Source of the DNA: Microgenomates group bacterium Gr01-1014_5
GTDB lineage: Bacteria > Patescibacteriota > Microgenomatia > UBA8517 > UBA10165
DNA length: 64,000 nt
Direction of reading: 5' to 3'
Assembly: GCA_007376395.1 (NCBI GenBank)
Contig: VMGE01000006.1
Span: 2,812 to 66,811 of the forward strand
This document shows, piece by piece, positions 55,432 through 64,000 of the stretch. Every line of letters starts with the position of its first letter. The stretch's first letter is position 1. Under the pieces are notes generated by a model. It had not been told where the DNA came from and searched no databases. It was given only the letters and a program-made list of their open reading frames with translations. The position numbers and the translations under genes are program-made.

Positions 55432-57889
55432 TAATCTTGTTGTCCAAAAATATTATTACGGGCAAATTGATAATGTAAAGGCCACTTGTTTGGCATTTCG
55501 AAAATGTTAGTTGCGCCTAAAAACTTAAATTCGCGTCTGATAATGTAAAGACCTATTGTTTCGGCAAAATCCTCGTCGATAATGTTAATATTGTTTAGAT
55601 ATTTACTTGGGTAAGTAGGAAGGATACCTTCTTTAATTGTAGCTCCTGAGTTTGCAAAACCAGAAAAAGCAACAGCTCCGTCTACTTTTGCATATACGTG
55701 AGCAGACTCGTGAGAAAGCGTGTAAGACAGCTGGTGAATGCCCGCAAATGCTTTGTCGAACAAATAAATATCCTTTCCGATGACGTGCCCGCTTTCTCCT
55801 TCCTTAGCGACAGTGCCTCTAAACACCCTAATTGCCCCTTGGTTGCAAAGAGTTGCTGTGTATGTTTTGTATTGAGCTATTCTAGCGGCCGCGGCTGCTA
55901 CCTCGGCTTTATCTTCAGGCGTCCACCCCTTACCTCCTTCCGCAAAAGTGAAGCACCCTATCGGAGGGTTTCCGATAATTACCGTAGCTGTTTTCGAAGT
56001 AGACTCTCCTGAAGGGCCGTCTTCGACGTCAGCCGTAACCGTAACTTTGTGGCAATGTGTGATTTCCCGTGCTGGGTTCTGGGGGGTTGTTTTTGCCATA
56101 CACAGAGAATTTTTCAGCAAGGCGGATATTTTTCAGGTTTTTCTCTTTGGCGGTAACAGTAATGGTGTATTTAACTTCTGCCGGTAAAGCGCTGTTTGGC
56201 AGGCTAACGGGTTCTGCTGTTTTTGTAACAGCAATGTATTTTGATTCAGGAACCATACCAAGAGAAGTGTTTTCTTTGAGGAAGATTCCGTGGAATAGGG
56301 TGATGGCAAAAAACACCAAAAAGGCAAGAATGGCAAAAAACAATAGCCGTCCCGACAGGTCCAAGAGTAACGCCCGCAACCTTGGCAACCAAAAGACCGA
56401 CATTTTTAAGTACACCACCGGCGTGTTTGAGTTGAGCAAGTGCCAAAGATGCGCTTGCCCCCCCTGCCGCAATTGCCATAGGTGTGGGTAGGAACGGAAT
56501 GCTTGCCGCCAGAGCTCCGGACATTGACCAGCGCAGCCAGCCAATGTTGGGGTTAGTAAACAACTGGCGCAGTTTTATCGAGAGGGAGGAGAGGAGGTTT
56601 TGCCGTATCCTTTTAGCCTCTTGTCCAGCAAAGCGTGTTGCTTGTTCTGCCGCAAAACCTTTTTCTTCTAAGGTTTGCCTTAAATGCCCGGGAAGCGACG
56701 AGATTAAGCTTTCTTTAGTCTCTCTTCGTTTTTCAAGGCTCTGGGTTGTTTCGTTAAATTCAAGCCTTTGTACTTGGTCTGCCACCTCGTCTAAGTTTTG
56801 GAGCGCCTGTTCTAAGTTTTCAGGAGTGACGAAATCAACACTTTCGAGCGCTATACCCGTCTCGATTAATTGCTCAACCCTGTTTTCTATTGCCTGGAAA
56901 ATTGTGGAATACTTCCGGTAGTTTTGCGGTTCGTCCGTTTTAATCCTTGCAAGTTCTGATCTAATTAACTGTAAACTGTCCTGCGTTGGGTCTTTTTGTT
57001 TACCAAACCAGGAAAAAGGCGAAAGTTGCCCGGCAAAAGTTCTCCAATACGGCTGTCCCCGGTATATAAGATAAAGATGTTCTTGTTGTCTCGATGCTTG
57101 GCGCTCCTCTTGTTTTTCCGGTTGTTGGTCTTCTTCTCGTGTTTGCGCCCGGATTGGCCTTGGGGTTTTGACATACGGTGAAGGAGTGCTCGACGGCGCA
57201 GTTTGCAGGCGCTCTGTGATTTGTTCGACTTGGGCACGGGTAACAATGGCGCCGCGCCTGGAGAGAAAAGTTTCAACTCTTTCTTGTAAGGCTTGCGGGC
57301 TTAAAACCAGTCCCTCACCTGTTGTTAGTTTGACGTATTGGTTAATTTGCTCGGCTGTTTGTTTGGCGATATTTTCCTCAACACCCGCCTCACGGATTAT
57401 AGCCTCAATGTTTTTAAGGCTGTCTTGCTCGGCAAAATCTGCAATACGGTCTCCTAGAGCCTCTTCCGGCAGATCTGGGCGAATAGGAATAAGAGAAGGG
57501 CTTTCTCTTTGGTAGACAACCGCTTCGGTTTTAAGCCGGGCAAGGTTTTCTTTAATTTGCAGGGCTTGATGCTCGCGCCAGCTTGTATCGTGGAGAGCTT
57601 TTTCGCGCAGAAATTTCTCATGGCTTTCGATAAGAATTTTTAACTGATCGGCGTTGGGGACTGCGGCAGTTGGTAGCGCCTGCTCATTTAAACTTGCGAG
57701 GCTCTCAAGCCGGTCCAGAACAACCCCGATCTCGTTGGTGTTGAAATAAAGCTGGCCATAAGCCGTCAAAAGTTTTTGGTAATTTGCCAAAGTAAAACCT
57801 TCGACCTCTTCCTTGTTAAAACGGGTGAACTGCTGGTAATTATTTAAGAGCTCGCGGGCGATGTTTGGAGTGAGGATTAAATTGTCCAT
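55431..57889 (-). pseudogene. Large membrane protein with C-terminal zincin (HESAH..EDFAE), split across three frames
   Basis: ORFs 56246-57889, 56029-56544 and 55431-56120 read as one protein, with shifts at the T6 run (56335-56340) and near 56040-56100. Confidence 0.6.
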
Positions 57890-57894
57890 TGTTC

Positions 57895-59701
57895 TTACTT
57901 AACTTCTTCAACCTGATAAATTGGCTTATTTACGGTGATGGGAATAGCTGTTGGGGTGGGTATGGGTGTTTGCATCTCTTGTTCTTTACGTTGGCGCAGT
58001 AAGACTTCTTCCGGCTTGGTAGAGATCAGGGTGTGTTCTTCTTCTGAGGCAACAATACGTAGGGCAACGTGGTTTGGGCCGGCAAAAAAGATACCTTCGC
58101 CAACGTCTGCCGCGAGCAGGAGCTGTTTTTCTCCCTCCGAGAGTTTAAAGACTTCAGCAACGCGCTCAATGGCGGCAGGGGACTGTTTCATTAATAGTTT
58201 GAGAGCAGAATTAGTTACAATTGCCTTGCCTATATCCTGAGACAGGAAATCTTCTACGTCTTGGGTGATAGTTATCAAGCCCAGGTAGTATTTACGGGAA
58301 CGTTTGGCAACAGAATAAAGGAATTGGGCTGTATCCGGGTAGCGCATCATGTGCCAGGCCTCGTCAACAATCAGGAGGCGTTTTTTGAGATCGCGCTTAA
58401 TACGGTTCCAAATAAAATCTAAGATAACAAACATGGCGATTGGACGGAGAGTCTCTTCTAAATCGCGCACGGAAAAAGTAGTAAACGGATTTTTTAAATC
58501 AATATTAGTGTGCTGGTCAAAAATTCCGGCAAAAGAGCCTTTAATAAATTTTTCAATGCGGTCGGCGAGCGAACGGGCAATGGGATCCTCCATTCCTAAA
58601 AGAGTTTTATACAAATCTTCCATTAAAGGCGGAGTCTTGGTTTGAGTCTGGGGGTCTGGAGTAATCCCTTTTGCTTTGTAGGTTGCGATAAACGCCCGGT
58701 CTAAAAGCGCCTCTTCTGTCGGGTTGAGTTTGCCCATAATAACCGAGAACAAAGAGTGTAAAGAAAGTATTTTTAAACCCAGAGTGCTTTCTTCGGGATC
58801 TGCAACAGGGGTTAGTTCAAAAGGGTTAATTTTAGCCGGCGAGTTAAAAGAAAAAGAAATAAATTCTCCGCCAACCGCTTCTGTTAAAGGTTTGTATTCC
58901 GCCTCAGGGTCGATAATAAAAACTTCTGTTCCGAGCATTAAGGAACGTACAGCTTCCAGTTTAACAGCGTACGACTTTCCCGCGCCTGAAGTAGCGAAGA
59001 TTAAAGAATTATAGTTTTCCAGCCGAAAACGGTCAAAAATAACCAACGAATCGTTGTCTTCGTTAATTCCGTACAATACTCCCCGGTCTGAGCTCAACTC
59101 GGCAGAAACAAAAGGAAAAGTAGTAGCAAGGCTGGTAGTGTCCATATTGCGGGTTATGGATAATTTATCTATTCCCAAAGGGGTTGTTGAGAGTAAACCG
59201 TCTTCCATTTGCAGGGCGGTAAATTTTGCCACTATTAATAAAGAACCGAGCGTAGATTGTACTTGGTGAGTGATTTGGTTTAAGTCTTCCAGTGAATCAG
59301 CAGGAATTGTAATATAAAAAGAAAACTGAAAAAAGCGCTCTGCGCCTTTAACTAATTGTTCCTGCAGATCTCTGGCGTCTTCGAGTTTTGCCTGTGTTCC
59401 CGGATTAACTACTCTTCCGCGTTGTAAATCTGTGGCAATTTCTGCTTCCATCTCGGCAATTTTGCGCCGTAAATCGTCCAACACTGTTTTTCCTTCAACG
59501 GGGTAGATAAAAAAAGAAAGGTCAAGGGAATGGTCAAAATTAATAATCGGATCAAGCCAGCCGGGAGAAACAAAGCGCGGGTAGCCGCCGACAAAGATAG
59601 TGCGCAGATATTTATCGTTTATTTTAATAGGGAGTTCCCGCGGCAGGAACCGCCTCGCTAAGGCTTTTGGCTTTCACGAATGGTACGCTAAGATTAAACA
59701 T
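57895..59701 (-). CDS. VirB4/TraC-like ATPase, frameshifted near the 5' end
   Basis: ATSGAGKS, IIDPE.EY, IVDEAW, ITQ. The frame stays open upstream to ~59630 (IKINDKYLRT..YPR); the ATG at 59701 is in another frame. Confidence 0.85.
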
Positions 59702-60389
59702 TGACCGGAACCTCCTTGCCGTTTTCTAACTTACCCTGAGCTTGTCGAATGGGTCGTCCGTCAGTCCGGTAGATATTATGGAAAAGCCGTGCTACCTCCT
59801 CGGTGGTGAGCTGTTGGACTTTAATTCCTAGACGCCCGGACTGGCGGATAACGTGGTCGCGTCTTGGAAAAAGCACGGTTTTGGCCTTTTTTAAGACATA
59901 GTCTTTGGGGTAAGGAACAGATCGTTGGCGGCGGGTTAGCGTATTAACCATTCCTGTTGTGGAAATTCCAAGTTCAAAAGGGGAGAAGGGAATAATAATA
60001 AAAAAATCTTTTTCTAAAACATTTCTCTTTTTGACAATTTGCGCAACAAAGGTTTGGTATGAGCCAATCAAAACTTTAAGTTTAGCGTTTGTCTGCTTGT
60101 CTGCCTCTTCTTTTAAGTAGTTAAGGTAGTTGGTGACATCTTTTTTTTGCGAACGCACTAAAATTTGGATTGCAAAGGAAAGCGAGTTTAAAAAAGCCGA
60201 ATACGCGTAAGTAATTGCTTCTTGTTCTTTTTCGGATAATAAAGAAAAGTTTAAGGCCGAAGCGCGCATAATGATTGCCGCTCCGCCTTCTTTTGTCAGC
60301 AAGATGTCGTCTGTAATGTCAGCAATTAAAATATGCTGTTGGGTGGTAGAGCTGATAGGCACAACCTTTGCTGGTTTAAGATTTAGCAT
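59694..60389 (-). CDS. Conserved VirB4/PrgI-associated protein
   Basis: STTQQHI, NFSLLSEKEQEAI...FLNSLSFAIQI. Confidence 0.75.
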   Translation of the reverse strand: MLNLKPAKVVPISSTTQQHILIADITDDILLTKEGGAAIIMRASALNFSLLSEKEQEAITYAYSAFLNSLSFAIQILVRSQKKDVTNYLNYLKEEADKQTNAKLKVLIGSYQTFVAQIVKKRNVLEKDFFIIIPFSPFELGISTTGMVNTLTRRQRSVPYPKDYVLKKAKTVLFPRRDHVIRQSGRLGIKVQQLTTEEVARLFHNIYRTDGRPIRQAQGKLENGKEVPVNV

Positions 60390-60488
60390 TTTTCAAATTT
60401 CTAATTATTCTAATTGCTCTAATTTCTAAATAAATCCCAATTGTCCAATTTTTGGGTCAATTAGAAATTAGGTTAATTAGGTCAATTT
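60390..60488. repeat. Inverted periodic arrays, near reverse complement of 32696-32790
   Basis: AATTTCTAATTATTCTAATTGCTCTAATTTCTAAATAA...TTAGGTTAATTAGGTCAATTTT. Confidence 0.8.
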
Positions 60489-61568
60489 TCATAGTTGTCT
60501 GGCTTTTATCTGTATTGGCGGAATCAGCCTTCCTTCGGCTTGAAATTGTATGGGGTCAAAAGTCAAACCGTCTTTTTCGGTCATGAGTTCGTAGCCGCCG
60601 TTTTTCAAGGGAGTTACGGTCATAAAGTGGCCAACTCTGTTGCTTCTAATTGCGCGGACAGGAGTTTTTGAAACAGAATCAATAATTTCCAAGATTGCGC
60701 CTTCGACGATTTTACCTTCGGCGGTTAAAACTTGTCCGACAATTGTGTTGGGAATTTCAGGAGGAGAAGGAGGCGCGGCCTCTGGACTAAAGACTGCCTG
60801 GGCGACAACCTGTCCGCTGCCTGATTGGTTTGCAAAAACAGGCGAAAGAGGTTGGATTGTTTCCTGTTGGGGCGCTTGCTGATTTTGGACTAGTGCAGAG
60901 TGTCCTACTTTTACAACTTGTTGAACCGGCACGGGCATGGCAGTATCTTCCGGCCGCACTGACCGCATATTTGGCGCGACTTGCTGTGCTATTTTTTGTC
61001 CCTGTACTTCTTGAGTAAGCACCATTCCTTGGGTAAAAGGTTCTGCTTGGCTTTTTACTCCCCCTGACATGGTGTTTTGATTAAAGGTTGTATTTGCACC
61101 CGATGTTGCTTGAGGAATTACGGCAAACATGGCGCTAACCTTTGAGAAAAAGTTTTTCTCTCCTTGTTCAAATTTTTTAACTTCTTCCGACTGGCCTGCC
61201 CCGGTCAGATCAGAGTCTGTTGTTGACAAGGTAATTGGTGTTGTGTCGGAAGAGGTAGATTTAGCAAAGACATCTTCGGCGCTATTTGCGTCCCAGGTGT
61301 AAAGGGTTGGTGAATAAATTGCTTTAACAAAAGCAAGAACCCATTGAGAAAGCGGACGTTCTTCTATTGGTAAAAATGCAAGTGCCGCTCCAAGTAGGCC
61401 AAAGAGTAGTACCAGAGGCCACTTGATAACCCCTGGCAAGGGGGTAGCATAAAAGATGAGTGATACTGTAATACCCCCGGCCAACTGGAAGAATTGCTTG
61501 AGGGTCATGTCTCCGACAAGCTTAAATTCATAGCTAGAAATGTGTTGCGGTACAGGATGCTGCTGCAT
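60489..61568 (-). CDS. PrgI family protein with C-terminal carboxypeptidase-regulatory-like domain
   Basis: MQQHPVPQ..YEFKLVGDMTLKQF, two TMs. Start reassigned to 61568. Confidence 0.85.
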   Translation of the reverse strand: MQQHPVPQHISSYEFKLVGDMTLKQFFQLAGGITVSLIFYATPLPGVIKWPLVLLFGLLGAALAFLPIEERPLSQWVLAFVKAIYSPTLYTWDANSAEDVFAKSTSSDTTPITLSTTDSDLTGAGQSEEVKKFEQGEKNFFSKVSAMFAVIPQATSGANTTFNQNTMSGGVKSQAEPFTQGMVLTQEVQGQKIAQQVAPNMRSVRPEDTAMPVPVQQVVKVGHSALVQNQQAPQQETIQPLSPVFANQSGSGQVVAQAVFSPEAAPPSPPEIPNTIVGQVLTAEGKIVEGAILEIIDSVSKTPVRAIRSNRVGHFMTVTPLKNGGYELMTEKDGLTFDPIQFQAEGRLIPPIQIKARQL

Positions 61569-61651
61569 TGCGACGAAGTCGCAAAACATATATCGCTACG
61601 CGATAATTCATAAAGCAAAAAACATAAAAGTTATGCTCTTTGCAATATGTT

Positions 61652-62032
61652 TTATGTTTTACTCTTCTTTACCTCCAATCTTTTCATCATGGTTGTTAAC
61701 AGTTTTATAATTTCGAGGTTTTGTTCTGAAAATTCATCCAACCTTTTTCTGGGAAATAAATTAAGTTCAATTATTATTTCTAGCCAATAGTCAACCTCAA
61801 ATGCCGATCCTCTCGAAATCGAAATAAAACGTCTGTAGTCTTGTGAATAGTATCTACCATACCCTTCTGCTAAATTTGCTCCTTCAGAAGATATTGCTCG
61901 CACAAGCTGGTTGACTAAATATTTCAATATTCCGCGAAGCTCTTTTCCTTTGAAAAAACTTACAACATCTAAAGTGAGTTGCTTGCTTTTTTGATAAGCA
62001 GCGGATTTTTTATATGAGTAGGCAGTCTCCAT
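61652..62032 (-). CDS. Four-helix-bundle protein
   Basis: QLVRAISSEGANLAEGYGR...ISRGSAFEVDYWL. Confidence 0.9.
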   Translation of the reverse strand: METAYSYKKSAAYQKSKQLTLDVVSFFKGKELRGILKYLVNQLVRAISSEGANLAEGYGRYYSQDYRRFISISRGSAFEVDYWLEIIIELNLFPRKRLDEFSEQNLEIIKLLTTMMKRLEVKKSKT

Positions 62033-62143
62033 ATTTATGCTTTCTGTTTTGTGTTTTTTGTTCTAATCTAGCTACCGCTAGATTAGCATATGAAATCAGG
62101 ATTTCAAGGGAGCCTATTTTCACAAGCGAAGAATTAAAGACTT

Positions 62144-63112
62144 TTACCTTAAACCGAGGTCGTATTCAAGGTTGCACTTCAAGCAAACATTGCACCCGCC
62201 ATCTTCTGCTCCCCAGACATATTTTTCAAAGCCGCAAGAGGCGCATGCCCGCCGCGTTTTAAATTTATCGATGTTCTGCAAAGTGGCAACTCCGGGAAAA
62301 GTGTCTGATGTCATAAGATTAAGCATTTCTGAATTTAATATGCCGGGACAGTCGCGGAGCTGGTTTATCAAATGTCCTCGGGCAATTATTTCCTGCTCGA
62401 TTTTTGCTCCTACAAAAACCTGCTCATACAAGGTCGAAGCTGATATTATAGCAGTGTGATTATTGCCAGCTATTTCTCGGCCGTCTTTGAGTGCGGCCAT
62501 TTTTTCTGCAGTTAATTGAGCGATAGTTTTTTTAGTTAAAGTTAAGACTAAATCGTTAAAAGTTTTGCCCTCCGGAAGATTAAATTCAACCGGTCTGTCG
62601 TTAAACTCTTCGTCGTCTAGTGAGTTGGGAGCATCGGCAAACGCTTCGTAAACTCTTACACATTGTGTCGGAGAAAGAGGCAGGCATACAGCAACACTTT
62701 GAACTCGTACAATGCCATTTTCTTCATACTTTCGGCTTACAACTACCCGCGACCATTTATAGAAGCCATCGACCCTTGAACTTATCCAGGCGAGACACTC
62801 AGCGTCGCTAAACGCCGCCCAGGAGACGGTTTCCGTGGTTGCTGTGTTTTCATTCTGATAAACGGGGTGATTTGTGCGGTTGGTATCAGTGAGCCGAACT
62901 AATTCCTCGAGCGTTGTCCAATAAATATTTGGCTTTCTTTGAAATTCAAGAATTACAGAAGCTAAATCTTGAGCGATTACTTCTTGAGATTTTTTCCAGT
63001 TTGCGACCGGTAGCGCTAGTTCTACATTCATAGTTTCCTGCTCGGGATGGTAACTGAAGGTTATTAGTTTTCCGGCTTCTCGTCGCTTCTCTCCTCGAAG
63101 TAAACTCCTCAA
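62144..63112 (-). CDS. Hypothetical protein with C-terminal zinc ribbon
   Basis: CASCG...CNVCLKC; start uncertain. Confidence 0.6.
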   Translation of the reverse strand: MRSLLRGEKRREAGKLITFSYHPEQETMNVELALPVANWKKSQEVIAQDLASVILEFQRKPNIYWTTLEELVRLTDTNRTNHPVYQNENTATTETVSWAAFSDAECLAWISSRVDGFYKWSRVVVSRKYEENGIVRVQSVAVCLPLSPTQCVRVYEAFADAPNSLDDEEFNDRPVEFNLPEGKTFNDLVLTLTKKTIAQLTAEKMAALKDGREIAGNNHTAIISASTLYEQVFVGAKIEQEIIARGHLINQLRDCPGILNSEMLNLMTSDTFPGVATLQNIDKFKTRRACASCGFEKYVWGAEDGGCNVCLKCNLEYDLGLR

Positions 63113-63295
63113 ATTTTTGAAGAATTTATATCGAGGGCTTTAGCCCGAGATACGGTTGCGGCACAGCTCCTGAATTGCACAGGATTCCTTAATCCTCCTT
63201 CGCTTAAAGCTACGGAAGGACGTTGCATAACCTTATTCAGTCAATTTATGCTAGGTAAAGAAATTTTGCAAGGGGTGTTTTGTAGTAGAATTCTT

Positions 63296-63563
63296 ATGTG
63301 CTTAAAAATCTCAGGTTGCGCAATATGAATTACCTATAAAAGTTGAACGCCAAAAAGATGGTGGTTTCGTAGTAACTTGTCCTTCCTGGTTTGATTGTTT
63401 TGCACAAGGCGACACAGTAGACGAAGCAGTCTTGGAAATGACGGTTGTTGCCCAATCTTTAATCTAGCTTTACAAAGAGGAGGGTATAGCAATTCCACTA
63501 AAAAAGGCAAAAAGTAAAAGCCTTAAGGAATTTTTTACTGTTCCTGTAAGAGTTTCTGTATGA
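63296..63563 (+). pseudogene. HicB-like antitoxin pseudogene
   Basis: YELPIKVERQKDGGFVVTCPSWFDCFAQGDTVDEA...LI*LYKEEG; internal TAG at 63465 and no in-frame start. Confidence 0.7.
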
Positions 63564-63593
63564 GACCGCTTTCAGAAATGCTACATTTAATAT

Positions 63594-64000
63594 GTGTCTT
63601 ACGTAATTATTGACGAGAGCGGTCGTTTTGCAGATGCTTCAAGCAAAGTAATCGTTTTTTCTGCTCTTGTTACAGAATCTCTTGTTGGATTAGATAAAAT
63701 AGTCTTTCAAGCTAGAAGAAAGTTGCCGACCAAAAAGAAAGAACACACGCTTCCCGAAATTAAGTTCAGCAAAACTGGCGAGAATACTAAAAGACATCTG
63801 CTGCAGTCTATAACCAAGAGAGATATTGATATTTTCTCTCTTGTTGTTTTTACAGAGGGAAGAAAAATCCTAGATACGCCACAGAACTATGCTTTATTGG
63901 TTTCTGTGCTACTCGGTCTAGTAGTCAAAAGCGGCATAAAAATTAGCCACATTATTATTGACAGGCATTTTACTTGGACACGTCAGAGAGAGCAGTTCGA
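63594..64000 (+). CDS. DUF3800 family protein (partial, runs off the window)
   Basis: Manual translation VSYVIIDESGRF...PEIKFSK...HIIIDRHF. Confidence 0.7.
   Translation, partial: MSYVIIDESGRFADASSKVIVFSALVTESLVGLDKIVFQARRKLPTKKKEHTLPEIKFSKTGENTKRHLLQSITKRDIDIFSLVVFTEGRKILDTPQNYALLVSVLLGLVVKSGIKISHIIIDRHFTWTRQREQF

Noticed and set aside
63465-63467. Stop-codon reassignment (TAG read-through in hicB, or code 25)
   Set aside because: TAG, TGA and TAA all terminate conserved genes elsewhere in the window, and the hicB frame has additional lesions

Overview
This is a 64-kb chromosomal segment of a small-genome bacterium. The gene content points to Patescibacteria/CPR, probably Microgenomates, using genetic code 11; that assignment is my inference. 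Core content: a glycolysis cluster (gap, pgk, rpiB, tpiA), groESL with a degenerate CIRCE, tsaD, valS, rplY, the jag-yidC-yidD-rnpA-rpmH / dnaA-oriC-dnaN origin region, and tRNA-Cys. tRNA-Asn(GTT) is split by a 198-nt group I intron that appears to lack P9 and lies next to a free-standing HTH/LAGLIDADG-like gene. A ~15-kb accessory tract after tRNA-Asn holds short, mostly leaderless genes, gene remnants, TA modules and a 1754-aa surface protein. A PrgI/VirB4 (T4SS-like) locus near the right end carries frameshifts. The most interesting signals are non-coding. (1) A covarying twin-hairpin motif lies in the 5' leaders of two unrelated genes. (2) Three four-helix-bundle genes are each bracketed by their own inverted 6-7-nt periodic arrays; 'empty' versions occur between operon genes and in-frame copies occur inside tsaD and valS. 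(3) Several families of palindromic mini-elements are inserted in-frame in housekeeping genes. (4) An apparently intact promoter-to-terminator sRNA converges on a DUF3800 gene remnant. No database searches or folding programs were run: calls rest on motif recognition and manual reading.
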